A stretch of DNA of 64,000 nt from Rhodosorus marinus CCMP1338 (taxonomy: Eukaryota > Plantae > Rhodophyta): positions 2,790,001 through 2,854,000 of the forward strand of contig JAMWBK010000001.1 of NCBI GenBank assembly GCA_029953675.1, written 5' to 3'. Below the pieces are notes generated by a model that ran no database searches, was not told where the DNA came from, and worked only from the letters and a program-made list of their open reading frames with translations. Position numbers and translations under genes: made by a program. Positions within the stretch are counted from its first letter, which is position 1, and each line of letters starts with the position of its first letter. This document shows, one piece after another, positions 24,587 through 36,845 of the stretch.

Positions 24587-26551
24587 ATGGAGTATTTAGA
24601 CGAGGAAATGTCCCGCTATGTCGGCGAGGTTCAGCGCCGACTGGAGGGGATGAAGGAGGACGGAGAGTTGGAGCAGCTGGACCATGACGGGCGAGAAGAT
24701 CTGGCGCTCTTCGTTGAGAATTCGCTGAAGGAAATCCAGGGTTCGCTGCCTCGCGTCGTTCGTGATCCGATCGGAAGTCGTGCGGTAGAGCTGCTGATCG
24801 AAGTGGCGACGCCTGAACAGCTCAGCTCGACTTGCAGGAGCATCCTCGAGGGGGCCTCCAGTCGAGTTCTCGACATCATGAAGCACCCCGCTGGATCTTT
24901 CGTCATGGAGAAGCTCGTTAAGAAACTCGTTGCGGAGAATTCTGAAGATCTGAATCAGTTTGTCGAGGTCGCTGAGGTTCTCGGCGGCAGGGACCTGATG
25001 GATTTACTCTCAGATAGTCGCGGGTCTTTCGTCCTTCGAGTGCTAATCGCTGCCTGGGCTGGGCTCTCTGTTGATGAAGTTGTTCCGCCGCTAGAGAACG
25101 GCTACCAGAAGCTCGTTGTCGACCAGGATCGGATCCATAAGAAAGCCATCAAGTCTACCGCGGAGAAGGTGAATTCGAACGGAGCCAAGCTCGGTAAGAA
25201 CATTGAGCTTCCTCAGGTAGCCGCTACGTTGAGCGTTCTTGTCGGCTGCTGTGGGCGCTTTGATGCGGGCCTAGTAGATTCCCTCGCGGCTGTGATCATA
25301 GGACGGGACCTCGACTTCCTGGAGCAACACGCGACTTCACGAAGCGGAAGTCACCTAGTCGAGGCCATCGTCTACTTTGGAAGTGACGATCTCATCGGTA
25401 GAATCTACAGCTCCCAGCTTAGAGGTAAGCTGAAGGACGTCGCTGAACATGGCATCGCCAACTTCATGCTGCAGCGGTTCCTCTCGAGGGCTGGAGCAAC
25501 TTCAAGCGGAATCGTGATGGGCGTGCTCGAGGAGGTTGCGGAAGACTTTGAGTCTTTGCTAAGATATCGTCCTGGTGTTGTCCTAGCTCTTGCCCGAGCG
25601 TGTTCACAGGTAAGGCTTGCCGAGCAAATCTGGGTAGTATTCACAGCTTCTGATCTGCGATTTCAACAGGCTGATGACCAGGACTGCAGGGTGCAGTTCT
25701 TGAAGCACATGAGAGAAGCGACAAAGGAATCCGGCTCAATGCTGGGCGCTGTCGCGGGTTTTCAGAAGGGTCCAGTGGGCAGTTTGATCATTCAGGCAAT
25801 GCTATCCTTCGAGGGCAAGCACGCCGTTGTCGACGTGGGTGGACTTCCAGCCGGGGAAGTGATTCGCCTCTCGAAAGATCCGAGCTGGAGCCGAGTCGTC
25901 GAATCCTACCTGAGAAGCGACGTCGAAGAAAAGGATAAGCACAAGCTCATCAAGAAGCTTCGCGGCAGCCTCGTTGAGGTTTCCTGCGAACCTGGAGGGA
26001 GCCGTGTTGTTGAAGCAGCATACGTGTACGCCGGAAGTTCGGATAGGAGGCGTGGTATCGTCCAGGAGCTCGCCGATGCTGAAGCGAAGCTGCGCGAAGA
26101 TCCGAATGGACAGTTTGTCCTGAAGACATGCCGTGTGGACGTGTACCTGTCAAGGCGCGAGAATTGGGAGCAAATGGAGAATCAAAAGGACAGCCGGAAG
26201 AGATTATTTAACGACATTTTGGAGGACGATGAGCCTGTAACTGAGAAGCCGAAAGCTGAGAAGAAGAAGAAGAAGCAGAAGGCAAAGTCACAGGACAAGG
26301 CAGCGGGAGGAAAGCAGGCAGGCCAGCTGCAGTCGGTTATGGAGACGCTTGGGTTCGGTGGAAAGGAAACGCCGCTTGAAAAGTCTACCCAACCGGAGGA
26401 GCAGCAGGGTGCGGAGCCTGGCGCTGCGGACGGCAATGTAGATAATGTGCTCGCCGCCATTGAGAAAGCGACGGGTGGCCTGGGGGCCGCGGACTCGAGC
26501 GCCGGAACTGGTAAAAAGAAGAAGAAGAAAAAGGAGAAAAAGGAAACTTGA
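24587..26551 (+). CDS. NOP9: Nucleolar protein 9 (Pumilio-repeat)
   Basis: Pumilio-like repeats (GSFVMEKL, GSHLVEAI, ANFMLQRF, WSRVVESY, GSRVVEAA, GQFVLKTC), RENWEQ and a Lys-rich C-terminus. A probable in-frame intron lies at ~25610-25665. Confidence 0.8.
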   Translation: MEYLDEEMSRYVGEVQRRLEGMKEDGELEQLDHDGREDLALFVENSLKEIQGSLPRVVRDPIGSRAVELLIEVATPEQLSSTCRSILEGASSRVLDIMKHPAGSFVMEKLVKKLVAENSEDLNQFVEVAEVLGGRDLMDLLSDSRGSFVLRVLIAAWAGLSVDEVVPPLENGYQKLVVDQDRIHKKAIKSTAEKVNSNGAKLGKNIELPQVAATLSVLVGCCGRFDAGLVDSLAAVIIGRDLDFLEQHATSRSGSHLVEAIVYFGSDDLIGRIYSSQLRGKLKDVAEHGIANFMLQRFLSRAGATSSGIVMGVLEEVAEDFESLLRYRPGVVLALARACSQVRLAEQIWVVFTASDLRFQQADDQDCRVQFLKHMREATKESGSMLGAVAGFQKGPVGSLIIQAMLSFEGKHAVVDVGGLPAGEVIRLSKDPSWSRVVESYLRSDVEEKDKHKLIKKLRGSLVEVSCEPGGSRVVEAAYVYAGSSDRRRGIVQELADAEAKLREDPNGQFVLKTCRVDVYLSRRENWEQMENQKDSRKRLFNDILEDDEPVTEKPKAEKKKKKQKAKSQDKAAGGKQAGQLQSVMETLGFGGKETPLEKSTQPEEQQGAEPGAADGNVDNVLAAIEKATGGLGAADSSAGTGKKKKKKKEKKET

Positions 26552-27002
26552 CCAGAACTGCTGCTTCTCAAGACGTTCTCCGAGTGGTCGTTGTCCGCCC
26601 TTGTCGAATCCTTGAGAAGTCGATCTGGAGAGCGGCTCTCCGCTGAAGCGAGACACATAGATACTAACTGGTGATTCAGGTCGGCACGGGGTAAATAGTA
26701 GTTTGTTCATAGTAAACTTGTGCGGTTGCAGACAACAGGTGAGCATCTGTGTGGGTCGTTTTTCAGTCTCCCTCCTGAAAAGTCAGCAATACCGAGCCAT
26801 CGAACCGAGAGCCGATATGCTTCTGACCGCAGAGGTCATCTAGCGGAGTTGCACGCCCCTTCGCGAGTCTTTCCCTTAGAGGGTTAGCGTATTGTCCAGA
26901 CGATCCACACGACAAGCCGGTTTTCCTTGGACAGCGATAAATTTAGCGTTGCCCTGCAGTTGGCACCAGCCCAGTGTAAGTTACAGTTCCTCATGCTCGC
27001 GA

Positions 27003-28118
27003 CTATTCCACGTCCTCGACATCTTCGTCCTCTGGTGCTGTATTTGCATGCAACCGCTTCTTCTGCCGCAGAACAATCTCCATGTCGACGTCCCTTTGCA
27101 AAGCGTTTTTTCGAACCTAGCATTCGCCCGCGAAGCTCTCGTTAGGTGTATGGCAAACAGCAGAATAGACTGGACTTGACATTACCGGCTGGTCACATCC
27201 ACTCACTGGGCACAGGGCCTGCTCGCGACTTTTCTGCATGGTCGCTATGTGCGCGTAGATTCCTTCCCTTGAATAGCTATGACCACATAATGTGCTGGGG
27301 AAACCACAGCGATGAAACCAAGCAACAAATGAAGGATCAGTACCAACTACGCAAGTCGGAAACTCATAAGGATATCCCTGTTTCTTGCCCTCACCTCCTC
27401 AATGGGTTGACCATTTCGTTCCCTGTTATGGGACAAGTTGTGTTGACGTCTAGTGTACTCTGAGTGACAACCAGATCATCATCAGCCATTCTCTAGAAAA
27501 ATCATTAAAGTGGGACCGAGTCAGGTGCAAAGGAAAGTATCAAGGCTTCTCCGGTAGTGTTCCCCGTTGCACAGGGTTTTATCATACCGAAACCAGCCTT
27601 TCCAAAGTTTCGACCTTTTTATCCGTCGGCTGGTCGCGATACAAGTTGTAGTCCACAGTTCGGGTAAACAGTTGAGACATATCTGAGCTAGCCAACTCAT
27701 CCAAGGCCTCCGCTGAAGTCTGCTCCATTTCGACCATAGAAAGATTGTCCCGAAGTTGCTGGCGCATCACCTGATGCGCCTTGAGACTGGCGCGACCGTA
27801 CGCTTCCATAGCCACATACGTATCCATCTTCCGCTTCAGTTGCTCCCCCTAACACAAAACCAACAGAAGACAAACCCCCCAAAAAACCAAACAACGCCGT
27901 CAGCCAGACAACTCCACGTCACAAAATCTACCACGACCCAAAAAAAACAAAAAAAAAACACCCATTACCTCAGCCTTCTTCTCCACTCCCGACATACCCT
28001 CATCCTGAGCAACCAAGTTAGCCCAGCTCACAACAAAATGCTTCGCCATCTGCAGACTCTCATTATACTCCTCCCACCCAGTTTCACAGCTCTTCCCCAT
28101 TCTAGTATACCCTTCCAT
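27003..28118 (-). CDS. NSE2: SP-RING E3 SUMO ligase NSE2/MMS21 (SMC5/6 subunit), multi-exon; start approximate
   Basis: Manual splicing across introns ~27394-27295 and ~27185-27117 gives DDLVVTQ...CPITGNEMVNPLR/STLCGHSYSREGI...ALCPVSGCDQP/VRKNALQRD. The stop is at 27003. Confidence 0.82.
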
Positions 28119-28980
28119 TCTTGCTCCTCCACGATACAATCCTCCTACCCCCACCCAAAGAAACAAATCCACACGTCTTTGTCTCCCAACAGTCAAAACT
28201 ACATACTCCTCATTCTTCCTAACCCAACCTCTCTCTCTCTCTCTATCTCACCGAACTTCTTCCTCTTCTTCCCCATCACCGAACTCGTGTATACCTTCCC
28301 GCCAAAATCGTGGGATTTTTGTCCCTCTATTTTTCTTCATTTAAACAAGGTGGGACAGGAGAATTCCCGCTAAAAATGTTTTGCTTGCATGCAGTTTGTC
28401 ATCTTCGACCTCCTCATGTTTCTGGGGCGCTGCGCGAAGCGCAGCTAGGCTACGAAGACCTGCATAGCTTTGGTGATGGAGAAGTGTGGTGCGGCTCGAA
28501 CGGTGTGAGTGGTAGTTCCCCCTCTATGTTGTAGTAGAGAGTCCCCAGTCTGGCTGACGGTCAAGCAAGGTGGTGTGGATTGCCCTCCGTCCCTGACTTG
28601 GTACCCTAAGATTCCTTGACCCTACATATCCAGTAATGTCTGGACTCCTCCTCACTAGCAGCAGATCCGGAATCGAGACCTCCGTTGTACACGACGGTCG
28701 ATTCCCAATCCGCATGTGGTGAAAACATTCTCACGTATGTGGTTGACTCTGGCCGTGATCTCATTCGTTCAGGATGAGATATTTCGTACGGATTCCACAT
28801 CTGTGGGTCTTCAACGACGACTATGCTTCACGTACGATTCTCTACCAAGCAGCTGGCTCTCGATATTCCTACATAGTACATATTAGTACAGGGACCATAT
28901 AATGGAAATTTCAGTAATTTTTTTGTTGAGGGTGAGAATCCTGCCTGGTTGAGACGGAAGACGCTGAGGGAGTTCAGCTT

Positions 28981-29832
28981 TTACTTGAACAAGTTGGGTT
29001 TGCTTCCTACGGAGTCGTCGATGAAGGCAGAGATAAAGACGGTCTGATCGAGGTTCAAGGTGGCATGCCACCAGTCAGCTGGGATGTATATGACCTCCGA
29101 CTGAGAAACCGTACAATCGAGTACGTTCCGGAGCAGCTCCGTGTGTTTCACGTTGTTTCTTAGGTTAGTCGTAAGCCAGCTCGCTGTAGATTTCTCTCCG
29201 TCAAACTTGGGCCTCCTTCCTGGGGGTAGAAGAAGCCATCTTTTCCTTCCAACGATTGTCTCGGCGAACACTCTGCCATGGACGTGGAAAGGCACGCCGG
29301 AGTTTTTCGCGCCGATGCCGAAGCTCAGGGCGGATTTGGACTCGTCCGCAAATGGCGGGAGGACGTACGCGCTGAAGAACTCCGCCCACTCGTCGTGGTC
29401 GTTATTGCCAAACCAGTACCAGGTATCCGTACCAGACGCTTCAACCTGACTCTGATCCTCTTCCACAACCTCCAGAATGTACTCTTCTAGCCTCACCTTC
29501 CTCTTCTTGTAAGACTGAGTGTTCGCCGTCGACAGGGTGATCTCGCGCTTCCCATACCTCTCCAGCATCGCGTCCTTCGCAGACGCTTCTCTGAACTTGA
29601 CGTTCCTCCCATCGCCTAATCCAGTAACTATCACAGGCGCAGAGCTCTCAAATTCGTCCTTAAACCGTTCAAGACTTAGATCCTTGATGTCCACCTTCTT
29701 CACGTTACAATCCCCACCACCCGATCCCTTCGAAACCTTCCATCCATACCTCCGAACCGAGTCGTCATCCTCAGCCAACACCAAGGCGATCGCGGCCAGG
29801 AAGGTGACTGCTAAAAACAGCTTGGAAAACAT
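28981..29832 (-). CDS. JmjC-domain protein, JMJD8-like, with signal peptide
   Basis: Hydrophobic N-terminus, GVPFHVHG (HxH type), GRKRWLL and IYIPADWWHATLNL. Confidence 0.85.
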   Translation of the reverse strand: MFSKLFLAVTFLAAIALVLAEDDDSVRRYGWKVSKGSGGGDCNVKKVDIKDLSLERFKDEFESSAPVIVTGLGDGRNVKFREASAKDAMLERYGKREITLSTANTQSYKKRKVRLEEYILEVVEEDQSQVEASGTDTWYWFGNNDHDEWAEFFSAYVLPPFADESKSALSFGIGAKNSGVPFHVHGRVFAETIVGRKRWLLLPPGRRPKFDGEKSTASWLTTNLRNNVKHTELLRNVLDCTVSQSEVIYIPADWWHATLNLDQTVFISAFIDDSVGSKPNLFK

Positions 29833-31064
29833 CTCTCTACGTCGACATCAACTCTGATCGCCGACGTGGAGATAGCAATGCGCCAGAGGAGATCTCGTCA
29901 ACCAACGACGGCTTCCCCTCCTTCGACAGGCTCAAAACAAGTTCCGATTCCTCCGAGCTCCAGAACGCCAGCTCAGTGGATGACAGGACTTGACCTAGAA
30001 ACGCACACTCACAGAACAGGCTGATAGATATTCTAAGGCCGCCACGGCTTCTCGTTCCTCAAGACCTCGTACCTCTTTCTGCCTCGACCGATCCGCCGAT
30101 ATCTCGTGCACGCAGGCTGCTTCCTCCGTCTTAGACAAGCTCGCAAGTTCTGACACTTCCTGAGCACAGAAACAGAAGCTCAATGGAACAGCTGATCAGA
30201 AGGTTCGGCTTCCCTTGAGCGCTCTAGGCTTAACATAGCCAGGCATCTGACACTGCTGCTGGAAACCAGACAGATAGTCCCTGAAAAAGGCCGCCGTCAG
30301 CGTTGTTATAGCGACGCTGGACCCCTCAAGAGCTAGCGCCGTGAGGGTGAAAATTTCCAGCGAGAGTGATCATGAGAAGGTTTACGAAGAAAGGCAAACT
30401 GGAAGTGGAGCTCCGAACAGTTAGATAGCTATATATGAACGCGCTCGCCTACAGCTGAGGAAACCGTCATCTAACTGCGACCGGGATAGTAGTGACGCAG
30501 AGTTCCCTTTGGACTTGTTAAGAAGGTCGCTGGACAGCAGCCTAAACCGTAGGGCCTCGACCTCTGGTCAGTTTCGTATACCTGTGCTCTCCACTCCGAA
30601 CTGTCGAGCTTATTGCTTCGAGTTCGAAAGCTGTAGTGCAGCGGGAGACCTGTTTTCTCACTGCTTTGTTCGACGCTGTGAGGGCTATTGTCTGATACTC
30701 TTAGCCAGAGACTTTCTTGCTCGCTAGCAGTAGACTGTGCCTGTCATCGCAGACGACTTGCCGGATGCGGTCTCAGCGGCGCAAAGCGTCTGCAGAGTAA
30801 GCATACAAACTTGGATATCTGTCTGGTCCCTTTTACTTCGGTCTGATACTCTCGAGCACTTGAGCATTGCGAAGGATGGAGCTTGAGCATTTGTTCTGTA
30901 GTAGTGCTTTTTATTTTAATGTAGACTGTTAAGTATTTTGCGGAGCTTGAAAGAGTTTTCTCCAGCCTTTTGTGGTTGATTTTCGTAGGTTTCGTTGGTG
31001 GATATCTACAGGTTGCGATATGCCGAGAACAGAAACCACCGCTTCATCTTGAACATGTGGCTGT

Positions 31065-31502
31065 TTAGCGGTATGTTCCAATCAGCCTGTTCACGTCCAC
31101 ACGGCAGATTGGGCAAGAGTCGACTTTCCTGGCACAAAAAGAGCAAAATTGGTGCCCACAAGGGTCAAGAACGCAGTTTATTCTGTAATGCATGCAGACT
31201 GCACATTCATGGGTTTCCTCTTCAGCCTCCAGGGCCGGGGGGAAGTTCCCAGGCTTCCGAAGTCCATGAAGCCAGCTCACCACCGCGCACGTCAAAACCG
31301 CACCCAGCCCGAACGAAAAACCCAACAAAAACCCAATGTCCCATTTGCTCGTCCCTTCTCTTCCATTGCCTATCTCCCTAGCTCTCTCAATACTCTGCGA
31401 GCACAATTCACGCCCTGTCCCATTCCTCCCATTCACCCCCACAGACGATACAAACCCGCTCCCGTAGTCCCGAGCCTTCCCATTATCATCCCTGAAACTC
31501 AT
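31065..31502 (-). CDS. Single-TM C3HC4 RING E3 ligase-like protein
   Basis: CAVC...LDPCGHQFCSFC...CPICR is preceded by a hydrophobic segment. Likely start MSFRDD at 31502. Confidence 0.8.
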   Translation of the reverse strand: MSFRDDNGKARDYGSGFVSSVGVNGRNGTGRELCSQSIERAREIGNGREGTSKWDIGFLLGFSFGLGAVLTCAVVSWLHGLRKPGNFPPALEAEEETHECAVCMHYRINCVLDPCGHQFCSFCARKVDSCPICRVDVNRLIGTYR

Positions 31503-32664
31503 TCTTCGAAATCCCCCAAAAACAACACACACACAAGTCCTCCTCAAGAACTCCTTTCTCACATCAGGTACCACTAAAAAGCCACCAACACCGCCTTCCT
31601 AACTCTTTTCCTCCCCCAACCCCTCCAGGAATCGCGCTGCTTATACAGCGCGGAAGTATATAATACTTCCCGAAGAGCGGAGTCCTACGTCACTCATGGA
31701 CAGCTGACTCTACTTCACCCGTCAGAAAGGAGATACGCTAAAAAAGAAATAAAAAATACTGCACGCCCATAGAAGATATGACGATTCAATATTATATTTT
31801 TAATCGTTTTCATGGTATTTCTAGATTCACCATTATTTGTGTTAAAAGCGAATGGAAGGACTGCGTTATTGACAAGTAGCGATATAATTTAGCATAATAC
31901 AAATTTACCAATAAACAACTTATTTTATATATTTTTATTTTATTTATTTTATTAATAATAAACGCATATTTCTTTTTATTGTAAATAATCGTATATATTA
32001 TTATGTTTTAGAATAGTTTTTAATGATGTTATGATAGAATGGAATCTTGAAAGTATCTAAATTTGTGATACTATTGATCTTGATTATAGACTAGAATCTA
32101 GATTTTCAGTTGAACGGAAAAAAGTCCGGCTTCGATTTCGGTAAAGCGATGAGAGCTGGGACTTCTCATCGTTCTGGTTTAGTTCGGAGCGGAGGGCATA
32201 GGGTATCCATATGGATTATCAAAATCTTCACTCCGTATCCTAGCAACATCTGAAAGAGCTAAGCTCACACAAGAAAATCCATAAGAAATAGGACAGAGAA
32301 ACTAAATGATGCGTTTATATGGAAGCGTGACTTAGTTGAGTTCGGAGTTCAGGCTGCATCGGAGAAAATGGAAATCCACCGCTAGAGCTTCTGATCCCGA
32401 CGTGATCGATATGATAAGATATATACTCCAGTTGATCGGATCTAGCTTTTAGTTGCTGCCCAAACTACACCTTCCCCCCAACCTCGCACAACGAGCTGAG
32501 TAGATCTATATGTGTCACGTTGATCTCAATCCGGAGCTTGGCTAGTAGGCGCGGCGAGCTGGATGTGCGGTTGGGTTTGGGAGGTTTTGGGAGACGGACA
32601 ATCGCATTTGAAAGGTCAGGAGTCTCTAGTATCCGTGAATTTAGGAGCAAATTGAAACGAAAAG

Positions 32665-33177
32665 ATGCCTCTGAAGTTGAAGGTTGGTGACGTCGCACCC
32701 GACTTTGAGCTGATTGACTCTGGGCTAAAGACGGTCAAGCTCTCGGATTACAAGGGCAAGAAGGTCGTTGTTACTTTTTTTCCTATGGCGTTTTCTGGAG
32801 GTCCGGAGGAGGGATGTGAAAGGCATCTTTGCTCTCTGAAGACGATCAAGGGCGCCGAAGTTCTGGGCGTCTCCTCGGACCTCGTCTTCGCGAACAAGGC
32901 GTTCGAGCACAAGCTGGAGCTTCCGTTCAAGCTGCTTTCGGATCCGAATGGCAAGCTCACGGATTCCTACGTGGATTTCTTCGATATCGGGACCTTCCTC
33001 GCCGACGTCGGTGTCGCTGAAGACGTCATGCGCGGGACCACCACGTACCCGCGAGCACTTTACGTCATCGGCGAAGACGGCACTGTAGTCTACACGTGGA
33101 TCGGGGAAGAAAATGGTGCAACCCATCCAGGGATCATGCCCATTCTCAAGGAGATTCATCCTTTCACAGAAACCTAA
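32665..33177 (+). CDS. Peroxiredoxin (AhpC/TSA; PrxQ/BCP- or AhpE-like), intronless
   Basis: KVGDVAPDFEL, LSDYKGKKVV, FFPMAF, LGVSSD, FKLLSDPNG and PRALYVIGEDGTV motifs, with CERHLC (CxxxxC). Confidence 0.88.
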   Translation: MPLKLKVGDVAPDFELIDSGLKTVKLSDYKGKKVVVTFFPMAFSGGPEEGCERHLCSLKTIKGAEVLGVSSDLVFANKAFEHKLELPFKLLSDPNGKLTDSYVDFFDIGTFLADVGVAEDVMRGTTTYPRALYVIGEDGTVVYTWIGEENGATHPGIMPILKEIHPFTET

Positions 33178-33933
33178 AGCCTATTTCATTAAAGTTTGGA
33201 CTACAGAGCAAGCTCCCGGGTCCCCGAGTTTTACCCGCCCAATGCTTCTCCAAGCAGGCGGGACAGTAGGAACCGCTCCCGTCCTCAAAGACGAAGAAGC
33301 ACGCTCTTTGTACAAACCGTACCAGACGACAAGATGGATCCTGATGCGACCGAGGTGTTTGGTTCTGCTAAAGTCCCTCTGTAAGTTTTACTTGCGCATC
33401 TCCGGCAGGTTGGTGCTAAAGAACTGGTCGGTTGTTGGTTTGATTCTGACCTCACCCCCACCCCTTTTGAGCACAAAGTAGGATGCTGACAAAGATAGCC
33501 AAGTCCAGCTTGGATTAGGATAATGAAGGCTAATTTTACTCCTGCTCAGTCAGCTAGTTTCTGAGGAACTTTTCGCGGAGGACTACCCAGCTCCATCCGA
33601 GCAGACGTTTAGACGCAGATAAACGGATGACCCAGCGCGCGGATGAAGACGACTGGAGATTCTTGAAGAGTTTCGAACCAAAAGCGGAGTATTTTATCCC
33701 CAAGCTTCCCCTTCTTAAAGATTCACTTTTTCGAGAAGCGCACGACCCTCTTTCCCCCCCTATCGTCGCTCTTCCGCACTGCATGAGAGGACAGCGGGGT
33801 TTCAATTTGAGTAATGCGTTTGTACCTAGGTGGCGCAACGTCGCGCCAAAGACGCACAGCTGGATCTCGCTCCCACGAGCTCCACGGATCGCTGTTCTAG
33901 CGCCTACCATTGGCTTAGGCTCTCTAAATCGAG

Positions 33934-35301
33934 CTAGGTTGAGGAAGTAATTCCTTTCTGAGGACATGAGGGGCCGCCTTCTACGGTGACCGGCGCGTCC
34001 ATCCGCGGTAGGCCGTGTCTCTTCATGATCTCATCAGCCTTCACCTTCGCGACCGGGGTCCACGACGAGTTTATCGCTTTCTCCACGGTGGCCTTGGCGA
34101 AGCCAGAATACTTTTGGGAATCCTCCCCGAAGGCGGACATCGCTTTCGTGAGCTGCTCTGGGGCAAAGTTGCAGTAACGAAGATCGCTTTGAAGCAGTAC
34201 TGCTTGTCAGCGACAATGTCCTCGTATCGAACGGCTACGATCTTATATTCTGCAGCGTAGAGCTCATTGTACTTCCCAAGCATCACCCCAACGGGTAGGC
34301 GCTCAGCGAGGATCGGGTGACTGCAGATGTCGGTGAAGTCCTGCGGGAAGAAGCCGCAGTGTCTGCCAAGGGTGTGGTAAAGAGAACGGCGCTCGTATCC
34401 AACCAGGAATCCAGTACATGCTCCTGGCGATCATGGACGAGGGCATCTGGTTGAGCACCCTCTCGGAAGACTCGGCAGTTTTCTTCCGATCCCTCCACAT
34501 AAATATATGCTTTGCGTTGGTGAATAAAGGCCGTAGAGGGTACCGCAGCTCGTCTGGGGTGATCGCTGCTTGAAAACGTAGGAGTCTAGTTTGCCAGGGC
34601 TCTTGACTGGTTTGCACATCACGCGTATGACATCCCTGGCAAGAACGTCTATGGCTTCGGTTGGGAACGAGCTTTGGAGGAAGCTCACTGCCTCTATGGC
34701 GTGGGGCTCGGAGTAAAAAGCCGCTTTATCAGTCGATTCAAAAGCGCGGCAGAGGAGAGTCGATCCGCATCGCGACCCGTTGGCCAGGAAGATCAGCTTC
34801 TCATTCGGATCCCCCAGTGGTTCCGCAAATCGATGGAATGCTAGAGCGGAACAGTAATAACTTTCCTGCTGTTCCTGAAGAGGCTAACTCCGAAGAAAGA
34901 TCCGCACTCCAGCCGCCACAGTTGCGTTCCTTCCTCGCCTTCGACGAAGACTGCTCCTTCCCGAGTCAAATCGTAGAGGAAAACGTTGTCCTTCCTCAGG
35001 TAATCCATGCTTACAAACTCTCAGTGTACCGTGAGAAAGTTCGACGCGCTGCTAGCTCCCAGGAACTCGTCGTATTTGAACCTGTACACGATGTCCTGAA
35101 CATGTGCGCCCATGCAGTAGCCTGCAGGAGCTCGGCTCATCCACTCTTGGCTCGAGACGCCAGAAAACAACCACAGCGTTCTCCTCAACCACACCCAAAT
35201 CAGGCTAAAGCGACGTGCAACATGCTCTGAAGCAGCAACCCGGAGCCCGACATCCTCGTCCCGTCCGAACGGAAAGGGACGTGGTCGTTCATGAGCCTCA
35301 T
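33934..35301 (-). pseudogene. Disrupted paralogue of the sulfotransferase-like gene at 37384-38766
   Basis: Colinear near-identical peptides (VQDIVYRFKYDEF, SMDYLRKDNVFLYD, RCGSTLL, FMWRDR, RYEDIVADK) are broken by TGA at 35021-35023, TAG at 34841-34843 and several frameshifts. Confidence 0.9.
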
Positions 35302-36845
35302 CCCCTCGCGTCTATGATCTGCCATGATCAGTTTTCACGCCCTCCGCACAAATCCTCGAGACTACTTAACGACTTCCCTGTCATCAGCGAACAGGCTGTT
35401 GAATTCAAAGCTAGAAAAGAGCTAAACAAGTCCCCCCCTTTCCCCGTCCACCCTAGCTTCAATCCCACCACTGATACCGTCCGACAGCTCCTAATGTCGC
35501 CAACGGCTGCCCTGGTTGATCAACCTGTACCTGCTACGCCAAGACCCCTACGGAACAGATCCACAAGCTATAGTCCCGTCTCCCATTCTTTTACAGAGGG
35601 CGAGGCTCTCAAGTCGCCATTGCAAAGAGCTTAGCCTCGCCTGATGATGACCTCCCCAGCCTCAGCCAGAACACCCTACTGGTTTTTTACTAGCATAGCC
35701 TGAAGCGCCACGCATGGCGTGGACTGTAACTAAGAACTAGGGAGAGAAACATGCAAACCCAAGCGCCGATGGCGCACTTCGGCAAGCATGCTGCTAGAAT
35801 AGAACACCTTACTAACTCAGAATCCAGCGGAAAGCACCAAGCCAAAAACACGCAATCAATCAGCGCGAACAACGAAACATGACAAAGGATCCTAGGCACC
35901 GACCGATCCCCGCCAGAACAGCGTCAACCACCAGGTCCTTCCTCGCCAAGCAGATTGGTTAGGAACAGCCTGTCGCTCAACCCCAGCCTTGTCAGCAAAA
36001 TGTTTCCCCCGGTGGGTGAGATCGTCTACAAAAAATTCAAAAACATAAGAGCAAATCCCCACGAGAAGAAGAAGCGATCGATGTCTATGTGGAAACGGAC
36101 TTTGCTCGCTCTGGGCCGTTGGTCTCCGTTTCCTCGTAGACATTATTGATCTTTTCTGAAAGATTACTGAAGAAAACGTGGATCGCCAAAGGGGAGGGGG
36201 AGGGAGAGAGAGAGAGAGGGTGACGAAGAAAGGCCCACCCTCGCGAAGCTAATCCCGAAACAGCACAAAACCTCGCCTCCCCCTGGGCCCAGAACTCTCT
36301 GATGACCGCCACAGTGGACTCTGGTCGGGCCGAGCGAAAAATCCATCCGAAGGAATCCGATAAGAAAAATGTTAAATTCATCCTACCCTATTGAAAACTT
36401 TATCAATCAATTTTCAAACAATATTTCCAGGTATTTGAAATTTATGTACCTTCCTCAGAGGGGGGGTACAGTATTGATCTACGGAATTCAATATTCGTGC
36501 TCAAAAAACCCACAGACTACGTGATTGAATCTACTATAGGGGTAAGAGAATATCCGATCTTTCTTTATTATACTGTATAATAAAGATTTTGTACCATTTA
36601 TGATATTTGTGCAGGGGGGTATGGATTTTCCATCCTTCCGTTTCGCTTCAAATTGATTCTTAATGGCTGTGATGGGACAGCGGGACAGTGGGACAGTTGG
36701 TTGGGGTCCTAGCGTCAGGACCCAATGACGGAGGTGGGGGGGGGGGAGAAGGCGTCACCGAGGGTGGCCTTGAAGTTTCAGGTTTCGGCCTGAAGACATA
36801 CGAATGATAGGTATATTGAGCCTAGGATTTTAATTGCATGTATTA

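Noticed and set aside
29850-30900. Possible unannotated gene fragments here, and at 6360-6950, 12200-12900, 24045-24341 and 28310-28980
   Set aside because: No recognisable motifs or consistent splice model, so they cannot be supported without transcript data.
35638-35707. Box C/D snoRNA-like layout (TGATGA...CTGA)
   Set aside because: Only a 3-bp terminal stem, and no recognisable 10+ nt rRNA antisense element.
35690-36150. In-frame TGA after GG suggesting a selenoprotein
   Set aside because: The same frame also has a TAG, there is no selenoprotein family similarity, and no SECIS is evident.
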